A stretch of DNA of 64,000 nt from Opitutales bacterium (lineage in GTDB: Bacteria; Verrucomicrobiota; Verrucomicrobiia; Opitutales; PNEW01), in the NCBI GenBank assembly GCA_965197745.1, contig CBDANS010000005.1:320001-384000 (forward strand), in the 5' to 3' direction. Shown here in pieces: positions 29,980-42,600 of the stretch (positions are counted from its first letter, which is position 1; each line of letters begins with the position of its first letter). The notes under the pieces were generated by a model that worked only from the letters and a program-made list of their open reading frames with translations, was not told the DNA's origin and searched no databases. Position numbers and translations under genes: made by a program.

Positions 29980-30477
29980 TCAATGACCTTCTTCAACTGA
30001 ATCATCAATCTCGACAGTGTGCGTTTCGATATTCATGACGGTGATATCATAGTCCAGGTATTGTGTCTCTTCCAGAACCTTCCAGCCAAGACGTAAATAA
30101 AGTTTTGCTTTATCGAAGGTAAAAAGAAAAAGAATTGGGATATTTAAGGTATGCGCTTTTTTCACAATGCGATTTACGATGGCGGATCCGATCCCTTTGT
30201 TTCGCTGCTCAAAAGGAACATAGACACTAGCTAACCAGGGCGATAAATGCTGACGTATTGGTAAGTCATTCTCAACCAGGCTCGCCGAACCCACGGGTAA
30301 TGATTCAGCGATGGCCACAAATGTTAATGGAATGGATTGCGGGTTTAGCTGCTTTTGCAGATTTTCAATGCGCCATTCCACTGTTTTTTCCGGTTTAATA
30401 GAACCCCATTCCTGAAAATGCCAGGTGGCAATAGTGCGAATAAATTCTGGGTGATTTGCTAGATAATCAATTTGCAT
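29980..30477 (-). CDS. GNAT family N-acetyltransferase
   Basis: PWLASVYVPFEQRNKGIGSAIV (motif A), LYLRLGW. Confidence 0.9.
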   Translation of the reverse strand: MQIDYLANHPEFIRTIATWHFQEWGSIKPEKTVEWRIENLQKQLNPQSIPLTFVAIAESLPVGSASLVENDLPIRQHLSPWLASVYVPFEQRNKGIGSAIVNRIVKKAHTLNIPILFLFTFDKAKLYLRLGWKVLEETQYLDYDITVMNIETHTVEIDDSVEEGH

Positions 30478-31011
30478 GTGAAATGGGCTAGTCCTTGCTG
30501 AAAAGGCACAATTTTATTATACGATGCCACCATTGGATATTTTAAAAGGAAATTATAAGGATGAACGTTGTCTGCACAGAAAATTCAGCAGCAGAAATCT
30601 ATTTTAGGGATTTCAGTGACTTTCACTAAGATGGCTGTGAAAATGGGCAGAATCTGAGCCATACTCTAATTTTGCGGGTGCGGTCAGCACTATATATACA
30701 TAAGTTTATATTAATCAGCTATTTATGTATAAATTCGTTTGAATTTAGCTCCTGTCTTCGCGAATTTACGATATAATGATTTAAAGGCAGTATCAGTATC
30801 ATGAGATTGAGATTATGGCTGTTTCCTATCAAACATCATGAAAATATCAGGTTTGGGGCTTGTTTTTAGAAAAGATAGGGGAGAAAGTGATGAATTCTCT
30901 GTGAATTTATATTTAAATTGGATATTTAGATATTTACTGATTGAAAATGATTCGAAATAGAGTGCTATCCCTGAATTTATGTATAAATATTAAATATATC
31001 ATTAAAAATGG

Positions 31012-31040
31012 TTGACTGGGTAATACTAAATCTCAAGATT
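31012..31040 (+). promoter_or_regulatory. Candidate sigma70 promoter for tRNA-Thr/tuf
   Basis: TTGACT, 17-nt spacer, AAGATT, then C-rich CTCCCGC; AT-rich upstream; the -10 match is weak. Confidence 0.35.
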
Positions 31041-31092
31041 CTCCCGCTTTACCCAATTCTCTTCCTTTCGTCAGACACCTTTACCTTTTAGC

Positions 31093-31168
<76 letters not shown>

Positions 31169-31227
31169 TTTCATGCTTTTTTCACACTAACTCAATATAT
31201 TAACATTCACAATCTGCTAATAAGTAT

Positions 31228-32418
31228 ATGGCAAAGGCAACATTCGAAAGAACAAAACCGCACGTAAATGTGGGAACCATCGGTCATGTCGACCATGGCA
31301 AGACCACCCTCACGACGGGCATACTCAAGGTTCAATCTGAAAAGGGGTTGGCGGAATTTAAATCCTACGCAGACATTGCCAAAGGCGGGACGGTGCGTGA
31401 TGAATCTAAAATTGTCACCATCGCTGTAGCTCACGTTGAATATGAGACGGAGAATAGGCATTACGCTCATGTTGATTGCCCGGGGCATGCTGACTTTGTC
31501 AAAAATATGATAACGGGTGCCGCGCAAATGGATGGTGCTATATTAGTAGTCAGTGCTTCCGACGGGCCTATGCCACAAACACGTGAGCATATATTGCTCG
31601 CCCGGCAGGTTAACGTACCCAGTCTCGTTGTATATCTTAACAAGGTAGACCTTGTCGATGATGATGAGTTAATCGAACTGGTTGAAATGGAAATTCGAGA
31701 TCTGTTAAATAAGTATGAGTTTGATGGGGACAACATTCCTATAATCCGCGGTTCAGCGCTTGCTGCCATGGAGGGCAAACCTGAGGGTGTGGAGTCCATC
31801 GCTCAGTTGATGGACGTTATTGACGCAAACATTCCAGAACCCGTCCGTGATATAGATCAACCATTTCTTATGTCGGTTGAGGACGTTTTTTCCATAACTG
31901 GACGTGGTACCGTCGCGACAGGGCGAATTGAACGTGGTAAAGTCAAGGTCGGTGAAACGATTGAGATTGTAGGCCTCACTGATACCACCAGTACGGTTTG
32001 CACCGGAGTGGAAATGTTCCGCAAAACACTGGATCACGGACAAGCTGGCGATAACGTCGGAATTCTCATGCGAGGTATAGAAAAGGACGAAGTAGAGCGT
32101 GGCCATGTTATCGCTAAACCCGGGACCATCACACCCCATGTTGAAGCGAAGGCTGAAGTTTATGTGCTAAGCAAAGATGAAGGAGGCCGTCATACTCCAT
32201 TCTTTGATGGTTATCGCCCCCAATTTTATTTCCGAACGACGGATGTAACCGGAGTTTGCTCTTTACCTGAAGGAGTTGAGATGGTCATGCCCGGGGATAA
32301 TCTGGGTGTCACTATTGATTTACAAAAGCCGATCGCGATGGAAACAGGTCAACGCTTCGCAATACGTGAAGGAGGTCGAACAATTGGCGCGGGCCGCGTA
32401 ACGGAGATTGTAAAATAA
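31228..32418 (+). CDS. tuf: Elongation factor Tu
   Basis: [25 protein letters not shown]. Confidence 0.99.
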   Translation: MAKATFERTKPHVNVGTIGHVDHGKTTLTTGILKVQSEKGLAEFKSYADIAKGGTVRDESKIVTIAVAHVEYETENRHYAHVDCPGHADFVKNMITGAAQMDGAILVVSASDGPMPQTREHILLARQVNVPSLVVYLNKVDLVDDDELIELVEMEIRDLLNKYEFDGDNIPIIRGSALAAMEGKPEGVESIAQLMDVIDANIPEPVRDIDQPFLMSVEDVFSITGRGTVATGRIERGKVKVGETIEIVGLTDTTSTVCTGVEMFRKTLDHGQAGDNVGILMRGIEKDEVERGHVIAKPGTITPHVEAKAEVYVLSKDEGGRHTPFFDGYRPQFYFRTTDVTGVCSLPEGVEMVMPGDNLGVTIDLQKPIAMETGQRFAIREGGRTIGAGRVTEIVK

Positions 32419-32498
32419 TCGATTATTTGCTTATTAATAACAGCCGGGAACCCCAAAAGGAGACGGTTTTCGGATAAAATATTTCAACCTTTACGGGG

Positions 32499-32574
<76 letters not shown>

Positions 32575-32582
32575 AAAATTTC

Positions 32583-32807
32583 ATGGTCAATCCATTCAAA
32601 AAAGTCAGAATATTTTTTACTGAGACCTTACAGGAGCTTAAGAAAGCTTCCTGGCCTTCACGCCTGGAGCTCAGAGATTCAACGGTGGTGGTTATTATTG
32701 CCACGATCCTTATTGGTCTCTATATTACCTTGGCCGATTTTTCTGTTTACAATTGGGTTACCTTTTTAACCAAGCTGGTTCGCCCCGAATTTGGAGTCAC
32801 CGGCTGA
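32583..32807 (+). CDS. secE: Preprotein translocase subunit SecE
   Basis: ELKKASWP motif plus a single TM; lies between tRNA-Trp and nusG. Confidence 0.93.
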   Translation: MVNPFKKVRIFFTETLQELKKASWPSRLELRDSTVVVIIATILIGLYITLADFSVYNWVTFLTKLVRPEFGVTG

Positions 32808-32823
32808 TCCGACACTTGTAAGA

Positions 32824-33399
32824 ATGATAGCTACTCAAGAAAATACTGATGCGAAATGGTATGTCGTTCAGACGCTCTCTAATAAAGAGCCGGCTGTAAA
32901 ACGCTATCTGGATCGGTATCTCGTCAATGAAGAATTGGAGGACTATATCCAGGAAGTGCTGATGCCGACAGAGACGATTACTGAAGTTAAAAACGGCAAA
33001 AAGACACAGAAAGTTCGGAAATTTTATCCGGGCTATGTTTTTATTCAAATGCGTCTCTATGATGATGATGGGCAGGTTTTACAGAAACCCTGGTATTTTG
33101 TTAACGGAGTAGATGGTGTAATCGGATTTGTCGGTGGTAATAATCCCATGCCGCTCAAGGATGATGAGATTAAACGTATACTTTCACAGGTTCAGGAAGC
33201 CGAGGTCAAAGAAGTGCCTAAAGTCAATTATGAAGCAGGTGAAGAAGTGAAAATCACAGACGGCCCATTTCTCAATTTAAGCGGACGCATTGATGAAATA
33301 GATCCCGAGCGTGGCAAGCTCAAGGTATCGGTTTCAATATTCGGAAGGTTTACTCCAGTCGAACTCGAATACTGGCAAGTGGAACGTTCCAGCGAATAA
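32824..33399 (+). CDS. nusG: Transcription elongation factor NusG (ATG 32824 chosen as start)
   Basis: WYVVQT, FYPGYVF, KOW domain GPF, IFGRFTPVEL. Confidence 0.97.
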   Translation: MIATQENTDAKWYVVQTLSNKEPAVKRYLDRYLVNEELEDYIQEVLMPTETITEVKNGKKTQKVRKFYPGYVFIQMRLYDDDGQVLQKPWYFVNGVDGVIGFVGGNNPMPLKDDEIKRILSQVQEAEVKEVPKVNYEAGEEVKITDGPFLNLSGRIDEIDPERGKLKVSVSIFGRFTPVELEYWQVERSSE

Positions 33400-33407
33400 T
33401 TTAAAAA

Positions 33408-33833
33408 ATGTCTAAAAAAATCATAAATGTGGTAAAATTACAATTACCTGCAGGTGCAGCTAATCCCGCGCCCCCGGTAGGACCTGCGCTGGGAGCGGCG
33501 GGAGTTAATATCATGGGATTTTGTAAGGAATTTAATGCCAAGACCAAGGATCAAGCGGGCCTTATTCTCCCCGTGGTAATTTCGGTTTACGCTGATCGTA
33601 CTTTTAGTTTTATCCTAAAGTCTCCCCCTGCTGCCGTTTTACTTAAAAAAGCAGCGGGTGTTGCGAAAGGGTCGGGAACGCCTAACCGTGAAATGGTGGG
33701 GCAGGTCTCACGCAAACAGTTAGCTGAAATTGCAAAAACAAAAATGAATGATCTGAATGCAATTGATGAGGATGCGGCTATCAACATTATCGCTGGAACG
33801 GCTCACAGTATGGGGATAGAGGTGCTTGATTGA
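33408..33833 (+). CDS. rplK: 50S ribosomal protein L11
   Basis: [19 protein letters not shown]. Confidence 0.99.
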   Translation: MSKKIINVVKLQLPAGAANPAPPVGPALGAAGVNIMGFCKEFNAKTKDQAGLILPVVISVYADRTFSFILKSPPAAVLLKKAAGVAKGSGTPNREMVGQVSRKQLAEIAKTKMNDLNAIDEDAAINIIAGTAHSMGIEVLD

Positions 33834-33865
33834 ATCATATACTAATTGGATGAAAGTAAAAGCAG

Positions 33866-34561
33866 ATGGTTAAGCTTAGCAAAAGATATCGCAGTGCCCG
33901 TGAGGGATTTAAAACACAGGAAACGCATTCTCTCAGTGATGCGGTAGATATACTGAGCAAGATGCCAAAAGCAAAATTTGACGAAACCGTGGAGCTTTCG
34001 ATCCATCTGGGGGTAGACTCTCGTCAGAGCGATCAGATGGTGCGTGGGGTGGTTGATCTACCCAACGGGAGTGGAAAAAAAATGCGTGTTTTAGTGTTTA
34101 CTGATGACCCACAGGTCGCTCTGGATGCCGGGGCTGATTTCGTGGGTAAAGATGATCTTATTAAAAAAGTTCAAGATGGATGGTTGAATTTTGATGTCGC
34201 TATATCCACACCCAAAGCGATGAAAGAAGTTCGTACTATTGCCCGTATCCTTGGCCCTCGTGGCCTTATGCCTAATCCTAAAAGCGGGACTGTGTCTGAT
34301 GATATTAAAAGTGCAGTAGAAGCTATAAAGAAAGGCGGTCGCGTTGAGTATAAAATGGATAAACAGGCCAATATCGGCGTCGTTGTGGGTAAACGATCTT
34401 TTTCCAATGAACAGATCACGGAGAATGTTAACAAAGTATTTGAATCTGTAGGGCAGGTAAAACCTCAAGGGGTCAAGGAGAAATATGTGCTTGGGGTGAC
34501 GCTTTCCTCAACAATGAGCCCGGGAATAAAATTGGAATCCTCTGTATATTCAAACTTATAA
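33866..34561 (+). CDS. rplA: 50S ribosomal protein L1
   Basis: KFDETVE, LGPRGLMPNPKSGTV. Confidence 0.99.
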   Translation: MVKLSKRYRSAREGFKTQETHSLSDAVDILSKMPKAKFDETVELSIHLGVDSRQSDQMVRGVVDLPNGSGKKMRVLVFTDDPQVALDAGADFVGKDDLIKKVQDGWLNFDVAISTPKAMKEVRTIARILGPRGLMPNPKSGTVSDDIKSAVEAIKKGGRVEYKMDKQANIGVVVGKRSFSNEQITENVNKVFESVGQVKPQGVKEKYVLGVTLSSTMSPGIKLESSVYSNL

Positions 34562-34593
34562 GATTATTAAACTATCGTTTTTCCCCGAAACCC

Positions 34594-35118
34594 ATGAGAG
34601 AAGAGAAAAAATACCTCGTTCAAGAAGCAGGTGATCACCTCGATAAGTCTGAATACGCTTTTCTGGCGGATTATCATCGTATCACGGTGCTGGAAACAGC
34701 AGAATTGAGGAGCTCACTTGCGGAACATGAAGCAGAATTTCATGTTGTGAAGAACAGCGCCCTCAATATTGCCGCAAAGGAGCGTGAATATCCCGAATTT
34801 TCAAGTTGGTTGGATGGCCCTACTGCACTGGTAATAGGCGGTAGCAATCCGCCCGGTGTGGCCAAGGTCCTCGATATATTTTTTAAGCAAAAAGGAAAGG
34901 TTGAAGTTAAAGGGGGGATCATTGGAAAAAAAGCCATTGATTCTGAAGAGATAGCAAGACTGGCCAGTCTACCAAGCGCTGAAGCCCTAAAAGCAAAATT
35001 ACTCAGCTTGTTAAACACCCCAGCGCAACAAATAGTGACGCTCCTTCAGGCGGGCCCCAGAAGTCTGCTGAATGTTCTACAGGCTAAAACACGAGAGGAG
35101 AAGACTGCTGAAGCTTAA
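34594..35118 (+). CDS. rplJ: 50S ribosomal protein L10
   Basis: VVKNS, GPTAL, LASLPS; operon position. Confidence 0.96.
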   Translation: MREEKKYLVQEAGDHLDKSEYAFLADYHRITVLETAELRSSLAEHEAEFHVVKNSALNIAAKEREYPEFSSWLDGPTALVIGGSNPPGVAKVLDIFFKQKGKVEVKGGIIGKKAIDSEEIARLASLPSAEALKAKLLSLLNTPAQQIVTLLQAGPRSLLNVLQAKTREEKTAEA

Positions 35119-35301
35119 TCCACGCTTAAATTCAACGATCACGAACATTAAACCAGAACCGATAATTTCACATAATAAATAAATCGAAAACCACATAAGC
35201 ATACATTAATTCAATCTATCACCTGAGGACAGGTTAGGAGAACAGGTCTCTTAAATACTACACCCATTGAGGGGTAGTGCTAACAGTTCAAGGAGGAAAT
35301 T

Positions 35302-35691
35302 ATGGCAGAAATAAATAAAGATCAAGTCGTCGAATGGCTTAGTAATCAGACTGTGTTGGATATCTCAGATCTGGTTAAAGAATTGGAAGATAAATGGGGT
35401 GTCAGTGCTGCTGCTCCCGTGACCGCAGTTGCCGCCGCCCCTGGAGCTGCTGACGGACAAGCGGCCGCACAGGAGGAAAAGACTGAATTCGAAGTGAACC
35501 TCAAATCATTTGGCGGGCAAAAAATTGCTGTCATTAAGGAGGTGCGTGCGATTACCGGTCTTGGACTTAAGGAAGCAAAAGAACTGGTAGAAAGCGCACC
35601 CAAGCCTGTGAAAGAAGGTGTCGACAAAGCCGAGGCAGAGGAATTAAAAAAGAAACTGGAAGCTGTCGGTGCCGAAATCGAGATCAAATAA
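35302..35691 (+). CDS. rplL: 50S ribosomal protein L7/L12
   Basis: WGVSAAA hinge, [26 protein letters not shown] upstream. Confidence 0.99.
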   Translation: MAEINKDQVVEWLSNQTVLDISDLVKELEDKWGVSAAAPVTAVAAAPGAADGQAAAQEEKTEFEVNLKSFGGQKIAVIKEVRAITGLGLKEAKELVESAPKPVKEGVDKAEAEELKKKLEAVGAEIEIK

Positions 35692-35825
35692 ACACGTAGA
35701 TCGGTAATACCTATCAATCCCCAATTAAGTAATAGAATCCGTTCGCACATCCTGACGAATCGGAGCGGTTGCTCTATGATTCAACATAATTCGTAATATC
35801 TTAACCTTCAAAAGTTCAAGCACCC

Positions 35826-38800
35826 ATGTCAGAACGTATTAACTTTGGAAAATTACGAGAGGTAATAGCCCCTCCCAATCTCATCGAGAATCAGATTCAA
35901 TCCTTTGAAGCTTTTATTCAATCGGACGTCTCTCCAACGCAGCGCAAAGCGATGGGTTTGGAGGCAGTTTTTAGTGAAGTATTTCCTATCGAGAGTTATG
36001 ATAGCCGCTCCAGCTTACAGTATATTTCATACAGTCTGGCTGGACCTAAAATATCGGAATTGGAGTGCATCCGAGAGGGAGTCACTTATGCTATTTCACT
36101 CTATGTAAAGTTGCGTCTCAAGGAGGAGGACGCGATTAAAGATGAGGAGATCTATATGGGTGAAATGCCCATGATCACGGAGCGCGGTTCTTTTATCATT
36201 AATGGAGCTGAACGTGTAGTTGTGAGTCAACTTCATCGCTCTCCCGGCATTTGTTTTGAGGTCACACCGCATACCAGCGGTAAACTGCTTTACAGTTTCC
36301 GCATCATTCCTGATCGCGGCACTTGGCTGGAGACCCAGTTTGATAATAATGATCTTCTCTACGTCTACCTCGATCGCCGGCGTAGACGCCGCAAGTTCCT
36401 AATTACTACGCTTTTACGAGCTATGGGGTACAGCTCTGATTTCGATATCCTCAACCTTTTCTACAAGATTGATGAAATAAATCTGAAAAAAGCGCTGAAT
36501 ATGGATAATCTCAGTCGCTTGGTCCTCGTCGAGGATGTCATCGATGCCGAGCGGGGCGTAGTCGTTGCCCGTGCTTTTGAGCCGCTTACGAAAACGATCA
36601 TTCGCTCTATAGAAAAGAGTGGGCTTATCAGTGTGCGTGTAATTGACACTTCGGAAGATGAGGGCGCGATTATTCGCTGTCTTAAAAAAGATCCAACGCG
36701 TAACGAAGAAGAAGCCCTCAAAGATATTTATAAACGCCTTCGACCAGGAGAGCCACCGACAGTACCCAATGCCAAGGCTTTGCTGAAACGTTTATTTCAA
36801 GATCCCAAACGATATGATCTGGGCCGCGTTGGGCGTTACAAACTGAATCAGAAACTTGGGCTCAATACCGATCTGGAGATACGTATTCTAAATATTGAAG
36901 ATGTGGTCGAAGCCACACGCTATGTGGTGCGTCTGAAAAGAGGGGATGGAGTTGTCGATGATATCGATCATCTCGGCAGCCGACGTATTCGCACAGTGGG
37001 AGAATTACTCATGAATCAATGCAGAATCGGTCTGGCCCGAACGGAACGTTTGGTTAAAGAGCGAATGACGCTATATGATCAAAGTGTAGATTCGATTACC
37101 CCTCAGAAATTAATTAATCCCAAGGCTCTCAGTACCGTAATTCGCGACTTTTTCGCGCGCAGTCAGCTCAGCCAGTTCATGGATCAGATTAATCCACTTG
37201 CTGAGCTAAAGCATAAGCGCGCCCTATCAGCACTTGGGCCGGGAGGACTCAACCGTGAACGGGCAGGTTTCGAAGTGCGGGATGTCCATCCTTCTCATTA
37301 CGGCCGTATATGTCCCGTCGAAACGCCTGAAGGGCCCAACATTGGACTCATCAATTCACTGAGTACTTATTCGAGAATTAATGAATTTGGCTTTATTGAA
37401 ACCCCATACAGGATTGTTAAGAACGGACGCGTAACCGATAAGGTTGAATTCCTTACAGCAGATCAGGAGGAAGGTCTCGTTATTGCCCAAGCCAATTGCG
37501 AAGTCGATGATAGGGGTAATTTTATAGGGAGTGTCACCGTGCGCAAAGGTGATGATTTTCTCGAAGTCAGCGCTAAAGGAGTCGATTACATGGATGTCTC
37601 CCCGAAACAACTGGTTTCAGTTTCTGCAGGGCTCATCCCTTTTCTAGAGCATGATGATGCCAATCGCGCTCTCATGGGCTCAAATATGCAACGCCAGGGA
37701 GTCCCTTTGCTTAAGACTGAAGCCCCCTTCGTGGGAACCGGTTTGGAAGAACGGGTAGCCAAGGATTCAAAAACGGTAGAAGTGGTGGTTGATAAGGGAG
37801 TGGTTGCGATGGTTGATTCACACCAGATTGTTACATGCAAGGATGGGACCCTTCCCGCTCGTTTTGAACGAAACCCGAAGAGTGATCCCAGTGCTGGTAT
37901 CTATGTTTACAATTTACGAAAATTTATGCGATCCAATGCCGGAACCTGTTTCACTCAAAGGCCTATTGTAAAGAAAGGTGATAAGGTAAAAGCGGGTCAA
38001 GTCATTGCTGATGGTGCCTGTACTGATAATGGAGAGCTCGCTATTGGGCGTAATATCCTTGTGGGTTTTATGCCATGGAATGGCTACAATTTTGAAGACG
38101 CCATTCTCATCAGTGAAAAGATGATAAAAGATGATATTTTTACTTCTATTCACATTGAGGAGTTTGAAGTAACGGCTCGGGATACCAAACTGGGGCCTGA
38201 AGAAATCACGCGAGATATTCCAAATGTTGGGGAAGAGGCGCTACACCATCTGAATCATGACGGTGTCATCCGCGTCGGTGCCGAGGTTAAACCCGGAGAC
38301 ATTCTCGTTGGAAAAATCACCCCTAAAAGTGAGACCGAACTAGCTCCTGAAGAGAAGCTCTTACGCGCTATTTTTGGTGAAAAAGCGGCCGATGTAAAAG
38401 ATACCTCTCTTCTTGTCCCTTCAGGGGTCGATGGTATAGTCATGGATGTTAAAATCTCCAGCCGGATTGATGCTGATAAAGAAAAGCTCAGTCCCGCCGA
38501 TCGGAAGCGTCAAATAAAGAAAATTAACGAAGAATATCGCACCCAAAACGATAAATTACGCGAAAGTCTGACCGAATCGCTATCCAATATTCTACTGGGT
38601 GAGAAAATTCCGCTCGATGTAACGAATAGTGAATCAAAGGAGATTATTATCCCCGCTAATCGAAAGATCACAAAGACATTACTCCGACGTCTCGCTTCTG
38701 TTTATAAAACGATTGAAATCGATCCTTCACCGGTGCGAATCAAGATCGTTGAAATCATTGAATCGTTTAAGACTAAATTCAGCGATCTCGATGATGAACG

Positions 38801-39602
38801 CGAGCGCAAGATTGACTCGATAGAAGCGGGTGATGATATCGAATCAGGTGTAATAAAGCAGGTAAAAGTTTATGTCGCCACAAAACGGAAAGTTCAAGTG
38901 GGTGATAAAATGGCCGGCCGTCACGGCAATAAGGGGGTTGTGGCCAAGATTGTCCCTGAGGAAGACATGCCTCACTTGCCAGATGGCACACCTATTGAAA
39001 TTTGCCTTAACCCCTTAGGGGTCCCCAGTCGTATGAATGTCGGCCAGGTATTGGAGACGCACCTGGGATGGGCTTGTAAAAAGTTGGGTTTAAAAGTCGC
39101 AACGCCGGTTTTCGATGGTATATCTGAAGAGCGCATCCGTGAATATCTGATAGAAGCTGGACTACCTGCCAGCGGTAAAAGCCGTCTTTTCGATGGTCGG
39201 ACAGGAGAACCTTTCGATCAGGAGGTGGTCGTCGGTTATATCTATATGATGAAGCTCAACCACCTCGTGGCCGATAAAATCCATGCCCGCGCGGTTGGCC
39301 CTTACAGCTTAATCACCCAGCAGCCGTTGGGAGGAAAAGCACAATACGGTGGTCAGCGATTAGGAGAGATGGAGGTGTGGGCGCTCGAAGCTTATGGTGC
39401 CGCCTATACCTTGCAGGAACTGCTGACCGTAAAATCCGATGATGTAGCAGGGCGCACTAAAATATATGAGCAGTTAGTAAAAGGCGACAATAGCCTGCAG
39501 GCTGGCACACCACAATCATTTAACGTTTTAATGAAAGAGATGCAGAGTCTCTGCCTTGATGTAAGGCTGAGTAATGAATCGCCATTTAGTTATGAAGCTT
39601 AA
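35826..39602 (+). CDS. rpoB: RNA polymerase beta subunit
   Basis: [41 protein letters not shown]. Confidence 0.99.
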   Translation: MSERINFGKLREVIAPPNLIENQIQSFEAFIQSDVSPTQRKAMGLEAVFSEVFPIESYDSRSSLQYISYSLAGPKISELECIREGVTYAISLYVKLRLKEEDAIKDEEIYMGEMPMITERGSFIINGAERVVVSQLHRSPGICFEVTPHTSGKLLYSFRIIPDRGTWLETQFDNNDLLYVYLDRRRRRRKFLITTLLRAMGYSSDFDILNLFYKIDEINLKKALNMDNLSRLVLVEDVIDAERGVVVARAFEPLTKTIIRSIEKSGLISVRVIDTSEDEGAIIRCLKKDPTRNEEEALKDIYKRLRPGEPPTVPNAKALLKRLFQDPKRYDLGRVGRYKLNQKLGLNTDLEIRILNIEDVVEATRYVVRLKRGDGVVDDIDHLGSRRIRTVGELLMNQCRIGLARTERLVKERMTLYDQSVDSITPQKLINPKALSTVIRDFFARSQLSQFMDQINPLAELKHKRALSALGPGGLNRERAGFEVRDVHPSHYGRICPVETPEGPNIGLINSLSTYSRINEFGFIETPYRIVKNGRVTDKVEFLTADQEEGLVIAQANCEVDDRGNFIGSVTVRKGDDFLEVSAKGVDYMDVSPKQLVSVSAGLIPFLEHDDANRALMGSNMQRQGVPLLKTEAPFVGTGLEERVAKDSKTVEVVVDKGVVAMVDSHQIVTCKDGTLPARFERNPKSDPSAGIYVYNLRKFMRSNAGTCFTQRPIVKKGDKVKAGQVIADGACTDNGELAIGRNILVGFMPWNGYNFEDAILISEKMIKDDIFTSIHIEEFEVTARDTKLGPEEITRDIPNVGEEALHHLNHDGVIRVGAEVKPGDILVGKITPKSETELAPEEKLLRAIFGEKAADVKDTSLLVPSGVDGIVMDVKISSRIDADKEKLSPADRKRQIKKINEEYRTQNDKLRESLTESLSNILLGEKIPLDVTNSESKEIIIPANRKITKTLLRRLASVYKTIEIDPSPVRIKIVEIIESFKTKFSDLDDERERKIDSIEAGDDIESGVIKQVKVYVATKRKVQVGDKMAGRHGNKGVVAKIVPEEDMPHLPDGTPIEICLNPLGVPSRMNVGQVLETHLGWACKKLGLKVATPVFDGISEERIREYLIEAGLPASGKSRLFDGRTGEPFDQEVVVGYIYMMKLNHLVADKIHARAVGPYSLITQQPLGGKAQYGGQRLGEMEVWALEAYGAAYTLQELLTVKSDDVAGRTKIYEQLVKGDNSLQAGTPQSFNVLMKEMQSLCLDVRLSNESPFSYEA

Positions 39603-39626
39603 CCTTTTTAGGAAGGAACATTAATT

Positions 39627-42600
39627 ATGAGTGTACAAGAAGTAAAAGAATTCTTAGGGTTTGAGAAGGATCAGTATTTTGATAGCGTTTCTATCTCTGT
39701 TGCATCACCGGATATTATCCGGTCCTGGTCGCGGGGTGAGGTAAAAAATCCGGAAACGATAAATTACCGAACATTCAAGCCAGAACCTGGAGGATTATTC
39801 TGTCAGCGTATCTTTGGTCCGGTTCGCGACTACGAGTGTGCCTGCGGTAAATACAAGCGCATAAAATTTAAGGGTGTAGTGTGTGACCGTTGTGGAGTCG
39901 AAGTTACTGTCTCCCGCGTCCGTCGTGAACGTATGGGCCACATCGAGTTGGCGGTACCGGTCACGCACATCTGGTTTCTAAAAAGCTTGCCGAGCCGACT
40001 CGGCCTACTCATGGATATGACCGCACGTAGCCTTGAGCGCGTAATTTATTACGAAAATTACATGGTCACCGATCCCGGGAAAACACCGCTTGAGGAAAAA
40101 CAACTCCTGACCGAACAGGAATTTCAACATGCCGTTGAGGAGTATGGGGATGATTCTTTCGTGGCGATGATGGGAGCGATAGCGCTTCGTGAAGTCTTGT
40201 CCAATATGGATCTGGATAACGTTGTTGAAGAGCTGCATGAACAATTGCATAACACGCGTTCTAAACAGATTAAAAAGAAGCTCTCGAGACGACTGAAAGT
40301 GGTGCAGGGATTTATTCATTCCGGGACCCGGCCTAATTGGATGGTTCTCGATGTGCTCCCCGTGATACCTCCCGATTTGCGACCCCTTGTCCCCCTGGAG
40401 GGAGGACGATTTGCGACAAGTGATCTTAATGATTTATACCGAAGAGTTATTAACCGAAATAACCGGTTAAAAAATCTGCTTCAACTCAAAACACCTGATG
40501 TCATTATCCACAATGAGAAACGCATGCTACAGGAAGCCGTCGATGCGCTACTTGACAATGGTCGTCATGGGCGCGCCGTAACGGGTGCCGGAAATCGGCC
40601 ATTAAAATCCCTCAGTGACATGCTCAAAGGGAAGCAGGGAAGGTTTCGCCAGAATCTGTTAGGGAAACGTGTTGATTATAGTGGCCGCTCGGTAATTGTC
40701 ATCGGGCCCGAATTAAAATTGAACCAGTGTGGTTTACCTAAGAAGATGGCACTTGTTCTCTTCGAACCATTTATCATTCGTCGATTAAAAGAACTGGGCT
40801 TTGTGCATACTGTGCGTGGAGCACGTAAAATGATCGAAAAACGTTCTCCCGAAGTTTGGGATATCCTAGAGGAAGTTACAGAAGGCCATCCCGTATTGCT
40901 TAACCGTGCACCTACGCTCCACCGTCTTTCTATACAGGCTTTTGAACCGGTACTCATTGAAGGTGACGCCATTCGTCTGCACCCGCTTGTCTGTCACGCC
41001 TACAATGCAGATTTCGACGGAGACCAGATGGCCGTCCATGTCCCCCTATCTCTAGAGGCTATTCTTGAATCAAAACTGCTCATGATGAGCACGCATAATA
41101 TTTTTTCTCCATCCAGTGGAGACCCGGTTCTCACTCCATCACAAGATGTTGTTCTCGGGGCTTACTATCTGACACTTGAGCCGAGAAAAGAACCCGAAGA
41201 CATTAATGCATTACCTCTTCTGGCAAACGCTTTTGAAGTAGAGTTAGCCGAAATTGATGGGACCTTTAAAAAGCACGATTGGATAAGGTATTTAAATCCT
41301 GATTATGGAAAGGATTCGGTTTACGGAAACAAGGATCGAAAAGTTATTCTCACAACCATTGGACGGGTGCTTTTCAATCAAATATGGCCCAATGAAATTG
41401 GTTATATAAATTTTGCGGTAGCCAAGTCAAAACTTGGAGATCTCATTCTCAACACTTATAAGAGTGCCGGAAGATTGGAAACGGTTAAAGTAGTTGATGC
41501 TTTAAAAGAACTGGGCTTTCAAATTGCCACGACGGCGGGGCTGTCAATCGGGACCGAAGACATGATTATCCCCGATGATAAAGACCAGATTGTCGATCGA
41601 GCCAGAGACCAGGTTAAAGAGGTGGAAAGGCAGTATCGCAAGGGCATTATAACCCAAGGCGAACGTTATAATAAGATTATCGATATCTGGACAAGCGCGA
41701 CTGATGAAATCGCTAAATCGGTTTACGATCGATTACAGGAAAACATGGGTAAAGATGAAGTGAACCCCATATACCTGATGATGGACTCAGGGGCACGCGG
41801 CAGTCGCGTGCAGGTGCGACAACTTTGCGGGACTCGAGGGCTTATGGCTAAACCTTCCGGAGAGATAATTGAACGACCCATACTCTCCTCATTCCGCGAA
41901 GGCCTGACGGTCCTCGAATATTTTATTTCAACACATGGCGCGCGAAAAGGGTTGGCTGATACTGCTCTTAAGACGGCTGATGCCGGTTACCTAACGCGTA
42001 AGCTTTGTGATGTGGCTATGGATGTGATTATCACCTGTGAGGATGACAAGAATCGGGATGGCATTGTGAAATTTGCTATTTACGAAGGTGATGATGAAAT
42101 TGTAAGCCTCTACGACCGCATAGTTGGTCGGTGCGCAAGCGAGGATATCTATAATCCATCTAATGTTGATGAACTCATTATAAGTAACGGTGAATTAGTG
42201 ACCGAAGAAAAAGCGAGAAGAATTGAAGAGTTAGGTATAGAAAGGGTGAAAGTAATGAGCCCGCTCACCCATACCCGCTACGACAGTCTTCCGGCAAAAG
42301 CCTACGGCATCAATCCAGCGACTAATTCATTAGTTGATATTGGAACAGCGGTCGGGATCATCGCGGCTCAGTCAATTGGTGAGCCTGGGACCCAGCTCAC
42401 CATGAGGACATTCCATGTAGGTGGCATTGCCAGTCAGATTTCTAAGAGCAATGAAATCCAGGTTCGGAATGCCGGTACTGTAAAATACCACAGCCTTCGT
42501 ATGGTTCAGGTTAGTGAAGGAGTAAATGTAGTCTTAAATAAGACGGGCAGTATTATCATCGTCGATGAAAATGATAAGGAATTAGAGAGTTATAATATAC

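Noticed and set aside
35730..35780. Hairpin between rplL and rpoB as a novel RNA
   Set aside because: Pairing is ambiguous, there is no U tract, and structure at this junction is commonplace
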